NCBI GenBank assembly: GCA_964016885.1 | Contig: OZ024740.1 | Location: 236,778,001 to 236,842,000 of the forward strand | Reading direction: 5' to 3' | Length of the DNA: 64,000 nucleotides | Origin: Eledone cirrhosa | Taxonomy: Eukaryota | Shown here: in pieces, positions 53,612 through 64,000 of the stretch | Numbering within the stretch: position 1 is the stretch's first letter | How the letters are laid out: the number at the start of each line of letters is the position of its first letter | Translations under genes and position numbers: made by a program | Notes under the pieces: generated by a model | Told to the model about the DNA's origin: nothing | The model's input: the letters and a program-made list of their open reading frames with translations, nothing else | Databases searched by the model: none

Positions 53612-54568
53612 ATTATCTAGACATTCTTGAAAAGTACAAAACAGTACTGTATCACATCAAAAATAGAAATCTCTACTCTAATACTGCTAATTTTCACAAC
53701 AATCTGTTCACTAGTAAAGATACTATAAACATTTGAATTAATAAACCCATTTTTAGATATTTTCTATTACAAATTTTCATAATGATCAATCTGCTAGCAA
53801 AGATAATATAAACATTTAAATTAACAACATGTTTTTAGATATTTTTTGCTAAATCATTACAGGATAGTTAGAGATAAGATAATACTGCAAATTTTCACAA
53901 TGATCTCCACACTAGTAAAGATACTATAACCATTTGAATTAACAGACCCATTTTAGATATTTTCAGCTAGACTATTATAAAATGTTGGGAGTTGAACCAA
54001 TCAAAATAATAATAGAGCCTACCTTAGTTTTATCCCCTTTCATACTAAGATGGAATTGTGTGACTATCCATGGATTTGACTGTTGATAAACAGATAATGT
54101 TTATCTACAACTTTCTGTTTGATTCATTAGTCTTTTTCTATTTGTTTTCATTTTTCTCAAGCAATTTCCTTTATAATCCAAAACTTTCTTCAAATACTCT
54201 ATACTCCAAACCTATTCAGTTTGTAATTGATGACTTAACTGCATTGATGAGATACAATCAATATTAATCACAACTCTTTGCCTTTCATCTTACCTTAATC
54301 TTAGTATATTTGAAATCAACTTAAATGAGGTGAACATCTTTGTGTGGTTGTTCTATTTGCTAGAAATAGTAATCAAATCTCCCTCAAAACATACCTTGTC
54401 TTAGAAAAGGAGGTGTACATTAAATGATGTGGCCCTAGGTGCATTGTGGCTAGAAAAAAGATGGAATGTCTTCAATCATAAGTCTGCTTGATAAGGGCTG
54501 GCCTGGAACTAAACAACAACCACAAAATATCAATGTTCTGTTTCTGTTTTATAAAGTTGACAAATGGA

Positions 54569-54898
54569 GGCACATGGCTTAGTGGTTAGAGCATTGGCCT
54601 TGCAATCGAAAGGTTGTGAGTTCAATTCTCAGACTGGGTGATGTGTTGTTTCCTTGAGCAAGACACTTTATTTCACATTGCTCCAGTTTACTCAGCTGTA
54701 GAAATGAGATGATAGGGACTGGGGCCCCTATCATTCCACTGCAAAGTGGCCATGGAGATGCCACAGCAAAAAAAAGCACCCAGCCCACACTGTAAATGAG
54801 GTTGGTGTTAGGAAGGGCATCCAGCTGTAGAAATCAAGCCAGAATCAGTTCCCGTCCCACCCTTGCAAGCAAGGAAAAGTGGACGTAAAATGAAATGA
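54569..54898 (+). mobile_element. CORE-SINE (SINE-A), full length
   Basis: Matches 8476-8816. Confidence 0.9.
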
Positions 54899-55105
54899 AG
54901 ATTCATGCTAATTCAACACACCTTCAATATAAAGCTATATAATGAGTTGGTCTTCACATGAAAGTCTCCCCTACATAAAAGGAACAAATATTTCAAGGCA
55001 ACAATAGATCCTCACCACAGTGGGTGGATCTTTTATAAATAGATCTAATCTCCCTCATCATACCTTACCATCTTGAAAAGACATGCTGGATAATGCAGTC
55101 ATAGA

Positions 55106-55277
55106 CAGGGCCTCCAAGAGAAATTTTGCAAGGAGGTACAAGAACTCTTTGGGGTCTTGAGCAGGCAAAGATTTTCCCCAAAGTGTATTTGCTAAAATGT
55201 ATGTTGCTGTGGGGCCTTCTTAGCTCTTGGGCACCGGAACAAAGTACCGGCTGGACCTCCCCCCTCTCATAGGCCTT
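55106..55277. mobile_element. hAT-like MITE
   Basis: 8-bp TSD GTCATAGA at 55098-55105 and 55278-55285; imperfect TIR CAGGGCCT.../...AGGCCTT. Confidence 0.65.
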
Positions 55278-55350
55278 GTCATAGATATAGTGTCTGAAAA
55301 TAAAACGGAGCAGTCATGGTTTGAAAGTCTTTGGTCATAGTTCTATATAA

Positions 55351-55565
55351 TGATTTCTAGTATAGGTACAAGGCCAGCAATTTGGGGGGAGGGAAGGTTG
55401 ATCAAATCGACCCAGTGCATTACTGGTGCTTTATTTTATCGACCCCGTAAGGATGAAAGGCAAAGTTAACCTCGTCGGGATTTGAATTCACACCGTAAAA
55501 GGGTCATAACTCGATGCTGCAAAGCATGTCTGACACTCTACCGACACTGCCAATCGACTGCCCTT
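55351..55565 (-). mobile_element. SINE-B with 14-bp TSD
   Basis: TSD ATAGTTCTATATAA at 55337-55350 and 55566-55579. Further copies at 58767-58945 (-), and degenerate ones at ~30300-30465, ~62300-62455 and ~63820-63960. Confidence 0.85.
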
Positions 55566-56272
55566 ATAGTTCTATATAACAGAACTAAACAATAACAACT
55601 AGGGATATTTTATATCATTTACAAGATGAACTGTATAATATATACTATATATGGGCCAACAAGGAATCTTTTATGTGGTTGCTTGACATTCTAGAAATAA
55701 TAGCCAAATCTACATCAAACTATACTCTGTCATATTAAAAGAAGGAAGAATAGATTGCAAAGTGTAACTCTGAATATTCTACATCTGAAAGAAAAAATAA
55801 GATTATCTGGGGATATACTATAACATGAAATGCCCACTAGTAGTTAATATATATATATTCAATGTATAGATGAACCCTTCAAGGTGGAATGGCTCTTTCA
55901 GCCCATCTCCTTCAACATTCTTCAGGGTAATGCTTCTGTCTGATGGAACCCTGAAATGTTGTGATATAATAGAATTATGAAAACAATTACACAAAAATGG
56001 CAAGACTAAGGTGCTAAAATAACCAGGTACCCTCATGGGCATCACCTGACACCTCTGTATGGTGAGCTGCCAGTGATAAGAACTTCACAGTCAGCAGCCC
56101 AACTCCACCATTATTGTTCATTGAATTATATTATTATATACCTTGATAAAATAAAATACAAAGAGGGTGTGGTAAGATAGCAGGTGGACCATAAAATAAA
56201 ATGTATTAAACAAAAATTTATAATTATTTGTTATTATATTTAACTATATTTTTTAATATCAATTATTTAAAG

Positions 56273-56398
56273 GCCTCAATTTGCACTTCTGGATGAATGT
56301 ACAAGTGCTGTTTCTATTGATGTGGAGAGTAGTATATACCAAAGAGCTAAAGATGAAGGTATTACACTGCTAACTATAACTCACCGACCAACCTTATG
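56273..56398 (+). CDS. ABCD1: ABCD1/2-like exon (Walker B, H-loop)
   Basis: aaag|(K)[41 protein letters not shown](W)|gtaagt; 126 nt, phase 2/2. Confidence 0.97.
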
Positions 56399-57874
56399 GT
56401 AAGTAATATTAACCTGACAGATTCCTTGCAACAATTACATTTACAAAAAATATAACATTGTATGAAACTAAGCAGTTATAATTCTAGTAACAATGGGTGA
56501 GCCTGCCCACTTTATTTGTAACATTGATTATTTCTGTGAAGGTTGTCTGTGTTTGCTGTGAGGTTGTACATAAAGAAAACATAAAGTTGAACTTAGTTCC
56601 TTTATCTTTGAAGTCCTGGGATTAAATTGAGATGAAATTAAGGAGTGAAACATATTTAGGTTGTTACTATCTGAAACTTAAGTGTTTATCAGATAAATTA
56701 GTGAATAGCTACTCTTTACCCGCTAACATCAACAACCCTAACTACCACAAATATTCACTCCACTCTAGAGCAAGTCATTGTGAAGCCCTGCTTAAAGAGT
56801 ATGGTGCTCACCCCTATATATATAAAGTTTACAAAAAAAATGTTTAATGATAAACATATTTAATTTGAATAAAATGGTGCTTTTCTCTCCTTGGTACCCT
56901 TAGAAAGTGCCTATTTTGCTTAATGTTTATTCCGTTGTTTTGTACATCTATAGTATTTCCTTCCACCATTACTCCTCCTCTTTGCCTGTTGCTGTTGGGG
57001 ATTTCTAGAAATGTTTACTTTATCAACATTTCTGTCATTATCTCCACAGTTACTTGCCTAAGTGATCATGAGTTAGTAAATGTTTTAACAATACTTTCTA
57101 TATACTTGAATTTTTTGTTGTTATTTCTCCTGTTTCATTTGAAACAGGTTTGAAGATCCTGCAAATTTAGGGCTTGCAAGAATGGTTGAAGTGAGAGTTT
57201 TATAATTATAGTTGAATCTAAGGAAGGATGACACTGGTGTAAACACATAGTATACATTCAAGACAAGATACAAGTAGGATTGCTGATAGTCTGTTGTAGA
57301 AACATATGGGGGAAAGAAATTTGTGGTAACTGCGATCCTTACTGCATGAGAAGCAATCAGAAATGCAAATTTAGGTAATGTTTATAAAACAGGGATATGA
57401 CTTTTCTTTAACCCTTTAGCATTTAAACCAGCCATATCCAGCTAGAATTCTCTCATCTCTTTCTACTCAAACCATCCATAACTGGTTGCTCGTATTGTTC
57501 TCAAAATAAATAACATCAAAATCTCATAGATTCGATATTATGTGAGATAATACAATAGTAAATATAGAGTAATGTCAATGCTAAAGGGTTAATGTTCTCT
57601 GAACTATGCTTCTCTGCAAAAATATTGTATAGTGGAGAGTATTTGCGACCTCATATAGAGCCAATAGTTGAAATATTTCTTTGATCTGAAAATATCAATT
57701 TCTCTAGCATTGTTTTAAAAAATATTGAACACATGAAACTTGGCAGGGCCAAACAGTTAAATAATAAACTGAGAGAGGCTTAACATTTAGCTAACAACAG
57801 GACTGGAATCTGTATTTTTAGTTTTAAGAATCCCTTTTTTATAAATACATAATTTTGTGCCATAACTTTTACAG

Positions 57875-58094
57875 GAAGTTTCATTCACATTTGTTACAAT
57901 TTGATGGAGAAGGAGGTTGGCTGATGGAGGTTCTTGATACAAATACCAGACTTTCTTTGAATGAAGAAAAGCAGCAACTGGAGAAACAACTTGCTGGTAT
58001 ACCAAAGATGCAACAACGACTTCATGAGTTGTGTTCAGTCTTGGGTGAAGACTCTGTACTCCTTGATAAACATTCAACTAATCACCAAGAATGA
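57875..58094 (+). CDS. ABCD1: ABCD1/2-like last coding exon
   Basis: acag|(W)[15 protein letters not shown]...[36 protein letters not shown]...HQE-TGA. Confidence 0.96.
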
Positions 58095-58375
58095 TTCTCA
58101 CTACATCACTTTCGGTAAGAATTTTTGTTTCTTTCAGAGTTGACTTCTCTTTCTGTAATCTTATGAACTCTTTGTGGTTGGAAAAAGCTATCTCACTTAC
58201 CACTTTTCATAGGCGCCGCTATCTCCACTCTTCGTAGTTTAAAGACCAGTTTTAATATGTCCATTCTCCTAGACTGGTAGTTTCTACATTGGTACAAACA
58301 GTGCCATATGGTTTCGCTCTTCATAGGCGCTGGTTACTCCTCGCCCGCCTGCGTCCAACTGCCTAACACCGGGAG

Positions 58376-58476
58376 CTGCACAAACTGGCGTTCACACCGT
58401 TGCTAGGTACTGCACAAACTCGCGTTCACACTGTTGCTAGACACTGCACAAACTAGCGTTCACACCGTTGCTAGGC
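58376..58476. repeat. Three tandem 34-bp units in a GC/CpG-rich island
   Basis: CTGCACAAACTnGCGTTCACACCGTTGCTAG-containing unit starting at 58376, 58410 and 58444. Confidence 0.9.
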
Positions 58477-58503
58477 ACCACTAGAGAGCGCCCTCTGCTG
58501 GCC
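58476..58503. promoter_or_regulatory. Two overlapping opposite-strand CTCF-like motifs
   Basis: Minus strand GGCCAGCAGAGGGCGCT (consensus match); plus strand CACCACTAGAGAGCGCC (one mismatch). Motif evidence only. Confidence 0.45.
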
Positions 58504-61500
58504 CTTCCGGTTGAGCACTACCCCGCCTCCGGCCACCGCACGCCACACCATACCCACACTCTTAAAGCAGTTTCTGATTCAAATTCTTTTTACTTCTCAA
58601 CAACTTAAAATACTTCCAGAAAATTCTGTTTAAATCTTTCTCTTAGATTTGATTGCAATTATACTTCAGTGTCTACATTTATTGCAGAAAATGTTTTACA
58701 CTGAGGTATCAAATATTTCATTTCGTGTTGATTATAATATTTAAAATGTAAAGTTTCCTGCATAAATAATTGTTTCTACTTTTGGCACAAGGCCAGCAAT
58801 TACCCCAGTGAATTACTGGTGCTTTATTTTATTGACCCCGTAAGGATGAAAGGCAAAGTTGACCTTAGTGGGATTTGAACTCAGACCATAAAGGGCCGTA
58901 ACTCTATGCTGCAAAGCAAGGCGTCCGACCTCCTACCGATAATGCTAAATAAATTGTATGATCAAGAATGATTTATTTTTGTCTTCAACACCCAGTATAT
59001 TTAATCCATTGTCTTTAATGGGAGCACTTTAAGATATTTGTTTATGTCTCTCATAATGTCTCAGGTACACACATTTTTTTTTTCCTAGTCTTCTGCAGAT
59101 AATTATGAAGTCTAAAACAGTTTATGTAAAGAATGGATGGAACAGTCATGCCTATCTCTAGAATGTAATATAAATAAAGTAGCTAGGAGTGGGAATCAAA
59201 ACTACATTACATACTCAATACACAAAACAATAGCCAATACAGCCAGTTGGTTTGTTTCTCTAAATTTTTAATGTTCTTCCATATATCTTTTTAGGTATTT
59301 CACATTTTTCAAATTTGCACTGATCAAGAAAGAACCAACTACGTGGAGAAGATATTTCATTAAGAAGAGAAACAAATTGTATTTTTTATGAACTAAACTC
59401 AAATTTTTAACTTAATTTGTCATCGATGTATTAAAATCTTAAATTACTGGCAGAATTTTAACCTTAAAACTGCATTTTTTAAATTATTATTATAAAGCAA
59501 ACTTTCAGTTGATCTCAAGTTGTGATCATCTTTTAGTAGGTTTTTTCATATTTTTCAATTCAACTTTTCACATAATCTGACACATAAGCTGCCTTTCAGT
59601 TGTGTGGGTGAGGTGAGGACAAAGAGAACCTTATTAATTCTTTATCTTTGACAGAAAGGACAGCTTTTTATGATTTCAGTTCTATTGAGCACTTACTTTC
59701 TACCTTTTCTTTGCCTCATCCACCAATTCCTACATCAGTCGGACCTTTTAATCCACCCTGATATATGGACTCTGAAGTATCAACCAGTTTTAATTATGCA
59801 TTCAGTACTAAGGATTTTCTTTAAAAAAAAAACAACTTGTGATTAAATATTTGGTAATTTATTCAGTTATATAAAACATTTTAAGAGTTACTACTTGTGC
59901 TTTTTTTTGTTATTACGAGTAACAGGTGTTTGGGAGAGAAACTGAAGAATATCTATTTCAATCTTACCCTGGATGTCTTCAACTGCCAAAGAAGTGGAGC
60001 CTTAACATTGTTAATATGATTTTATATTTTATTTTTACAGTATTTCATATCAAATTACAATCATGGATTAAAATGGTTGATTTCTGTCAAACATCATACT
60101 GTTCTGTGTTCATTGTTTTCTTTTCCACATTTTAAATAATTCAGTTTCAATTGATTTGACTTATCTACATCATCTTGTTAAAAGATACACATTTGATTCA
60201 AATCCTCTTCACTTCTCAACAACTTAAAATACTTCCAGAAAAATCTGTTTAAATCTTTCTTTTGGATTTGATTGCAGTCATACTTCACTGTGTCTAAGTC
60301 TATTGCAGAAAATTATTTACACTGGAGTCACAGCATGTAGGTGTCATGACATAAAGCATCCAGCCCACACTGTAAGTAAAGTGGTTATGTAGGTGTCATA
60401 ACAAAGCATTCAGCACACACTGTAAATGTGATTGGCATTAGGAAGGGCATCCAGCCGTAGAAACCAAGCCCAAATCAGTTCTGTGTGAGTGAAACATGGC
60501 CCCCCAACCTCTCACAAAGGAACAGCCTTGCCTACCCATGCTAGCATGGACAATGGACATTAAACGATGATGATGAAGTATGAAATATTTCATTGTGTTA
60601 TAAAAGACCTTTTAAAAACACATTTATTTCTGTCACAATACCAACATTAAGATCTGTAAAAGCAGTCTTATGTTATGGTAAAGTGATAATGAACTGGAGC
60701 TCCATGGAATTGCCATTATAATAAGATAGCCTGGTTCCATGAGAAGTTGAAACTATTTGTGTAGATGGTAATATGTTAAAGTATTATTGATAACTTATTT
60801 TCTAGCTACCCTTTAGTCATCTAGTAAATATTCACTATTTATAGTTCAATCCTAGGTATTTTAATGATTGTTAAACTATGAGGGTATATATATCTACATG
60901 TGTATGGTACCTATGGAAGGGGAGTTATAGGGAACAACATTCTGGTACCTTTGTAATAATTAAAAAATTTTTTTATTATAGTAAGTAATTGGAAGGCAGT
61001 CAGCATGTCCCTTAAGTCAAATGCATTTGAATTTATCTATAGCTAAGCAGTCTGTAAATGTATAACTGATAAAAAATGATTCCCTTAAATAGTGATTAGT
61101 GAATTTTGATAGAAAACTAATAAGGATAGGTGAAGAATCATTCATAGCACCCATGTTTTGTTATGAACATGATAGAATTATTGAAGCAAAGCCTTCTCTG
61201 GCAATAGTGTTCCAAATTTATAACCTGTACATACTCATAGTACCTATTTGCAGCTTTATGAACTGGTAACTGGACATCTTAGGTCATAGCATCATTATAC
61301 ATGGAAGAACTAAGAAAAACAACTGTAAAATTGATTATACTCACATTTTAAAAGGTAGGAATATTGTTCTTAAATGATTCATCTGTTTTATAGAATTGAT
61401 AGAAAGGAGTGTGTGTAATCAAATGGTAAAAAAATGACAGTAAAATAAACAAATCTCAGAAAAGTGTTTATAAACCATTTTTATTGAAAAATTCTTTCAT

Positions 61501-64000
61501 ATCACCCCTCCCCCAAAGAAACATTTTCATAGCAAAACCAAAAAAAAAAGTTGTTATTGAAGATTTGTTTCATGTTTTCAATGAATTGCCAAGCAAGTCT
61601 GACATAATACAGCAAGTGGGTGTGGGGAGCCTTAGTTTGAAAAAATAGACATGCTGTAATATAGAGATCTGAGGCAACTGTGTTGGTGAACTAAGGGAGA
61701 AGCAACTGGACTGAGGTTGTGTTAGTGGGATCAGGCAGACACAGGTGGAGTGAGCAAAGAGACATGGGGGGGGGGGGGGGTTATATATATATACAGAGGA
61801 AACTGTGGGAGTAGGTTCAAAACCTAGTGCCTTACACAGTCTATTGTGTTTCTGGTGTAAAAAAAAAAATACTTGATGAGAACCAGCTTATGGTAGTGGA
61901 ATGTTTAACTGCAGATGGGAATTTGTGAGAAAGATGCATTTGTTACAATGAATTGTCAGTATTAAGCAAGCAGAGTGCAAGGCAGAAAAGAAAACCTAGA
62001 AGGTTAGACAGTTTGCCCATTAGAAAATGTCTGAGATATATGGAAAGTTACTCTTACGTGACATCAGTATAATGACAATGTTATCTTTCTATTACTCCTG
62101 TAAAAATAAAAGCCATGACTATAAACTGATATTTTCCCTGAAACATAACTATATTGGTCCCATCAGCAAGCATAACTGTAGTTCTGGTTAAGATTGAAAT
62201 GTGTTGCCAGCCAACAACATACAAAGGTTATTACAATTCAGAGTCGTTTAGATAAATAATTTTTCTATTATAATAACTTAAACACATCCACAATGCTTTT
62301 ATTTAATCAACCCAGTGTTTTACTAATAATTTATTTTATTGATTCTTGAAAGCATGAAAAGCAAAGTTGAGTTAGGCAGAATTTGAACTTAGAACAAAAA
62401 AGGTTGTAACTAAATACTGTAGGCATTTTGTGAAATACTAACAATTCAGCCAATCTACAAGATTGACATCATTAAAGGGAAAAATTTAATAGTTTGATTC
62501 CATTATTTATTTTGCCACTGACTAACCGACAATCTTACTGATGCACATTTTATGATAAGAGAATCAGAGATGACTGTTAAGTAAAACTAAAGCCTTAAAA
62601 AATGAATAATGAAAAGGTTCCTTGTTCTTGAACAAACCAATGAATTCTTGAATATATTTAGAAACAAACTGGCTGCAATACTGCAGAGACCAGATAAATT
62701 ATTGTTGTGGACTTTATTTATTTAGTTATGAAAATTGAATGATGTGTGCTTGAGAAATGTTAATCAATGCACAGACCATATATTGCTGCTTAATGTTATT
62801 TTTATTGATGATGTCTTGATTTGCTTGGCCTATATTCCTAATAATAAAAGAAGGCCCTGACAAGAATTAATATTTAAGCATAGTTGGGTCTCATGATTTA
62901 AAGTTTCTTTGGGGGTTTTCTAACAGTCAGAATATGAAAACATTGCAAGTGAGAGATGTCAAACATCTCAACAGACCAAAATATTGCTTATGTAATAACT
63001 ATAGACACAGCCATGGCTGGTGTCAAAGATGTATAACCCTCAGTGAATCCAAGCTAATTAGCAGGAACCAGTAAAATAATATGGTCTACACACCTAAGTA
63101 GTAAGTAACATTGAAGAAAGATTTTATTTATAGCCCTGCAGGTCCCACATGAAATAAGTAGGATCTTGTAATCTTGCATCCTTTTACATGTGCAAATAAA
63201 CTGAATGAAACAGCAAATATATATTGAGGAGGATAGAAAAATGTCGGCCAATTTTATAAATATAGGTGAAGATAATGGGAGGGAGAAGTAAATTATTGAA
63301 AATAAACTAAGAGTCAATATATTGCATAACAAAAATGTGTGTAGTGTATGTATTATGTTTAGTGTAATTGTAGTAGATTATGTGTGATGTAGATAAAATT
63401 GTGGTAGAGTATAAGATGTTTAAAAGAACAGCACTAACATGGATGCAGTTGATAGGATAGGGCTGAGAAAGGATTTTGTTCATCTTTTAGCAACAGCAGG
63501 GCAATGAACCCTTGATTAGAGGTAATAAAACAAGGATTAGTAGAATTAAAAATCAGATATTAGGTAGAAATTAGTGAATTGTGGAAATAGTGTTAAAGAT
63601 GGCAAGGATGTGTTAATATAATATTATCACCAGGAAAGTTGATGCCAAATAGCAACATGTCTTCAGTATTAGAACTGAGTTGGGGTGTAATGTTTCTATT
63701 GCAGTACAAATGGGGCTCTTAACTTATAATGGAGTTGTCCAGTCACACAATATGACAAGGGCATTTGGAAACCGGGCAGAATCCATCTTTTTCCAGTTGA
63801 TTTCTTCCAGAGAAAGAGAGAATTGATCCCAGTACTTGTACTTTGCCTTTCACCCTTTTGAGGTCAATAAAGTTGACCTCAGTGGGATTTGAACTTAGAG
63901 TGCATTGAACAGGAATAAAAACCAAGGCATTGTTAATCCAATGCACTAACTCTGCCAATTCGATGTAAAGAAAACTCAGGTTTATTCATATACATCAATA

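Noticed and set aside
58092-58114. Stop-codon readthrough of ABCD
   Set aside because: The TGA-TTC context is not the TGA-CTA readthrough motif, and no conserved extension is recognisable.

Overview
This is AT-rich, repeat-dense animal genomic DNA, not prokaryotic. The SINE types and microsatellite load suggest an octopus or other cephalopod, but that is inference. Nearly all long Y/I/M/C-rich ORFs in the ORF track are translations of (TA)n microsatellites and are not genes. The only host gene is the 3' part of a spliced peroxisomal ABC half-transporter of the ABCD1/ABCD2 (ALDP) type on the + strand: ten coding exons from 28706 to 58094, all GT-AG with compatible phases; its 5' exons are not in the window. 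The first ~20 kb is a nest of retroelements (RTE LINEs, Penelope-like GIY-YIG elements, tRNA-derived SINEs, a CR1/L2-like 3' end) set in very long punctuated (TA)n arrays, with a 200-N gap. The introns hold more RTE LINEs, two SINE families, a non-autonomous Helitron, several MITEs, a probable solo LTR and minisatellites. Most notable: (i) hammerhead ribozyme cores, one with a ~100-nt microsatellite-built stem II; (ii) an antisense LINE ending 14 nt from the ABC-signature exon, so the branch point is probably LINE-derived; (iii) one sequence module shared between a LINE 5' end, another LINE's 3' UTR and the SINE bodies; (iv) long intronic hairpins; (v) overlapping CTCF-like motifs just 3' of the stop codon. 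I could not establish a wholly new system from sequence alone; the best candidates are ranked in findings.
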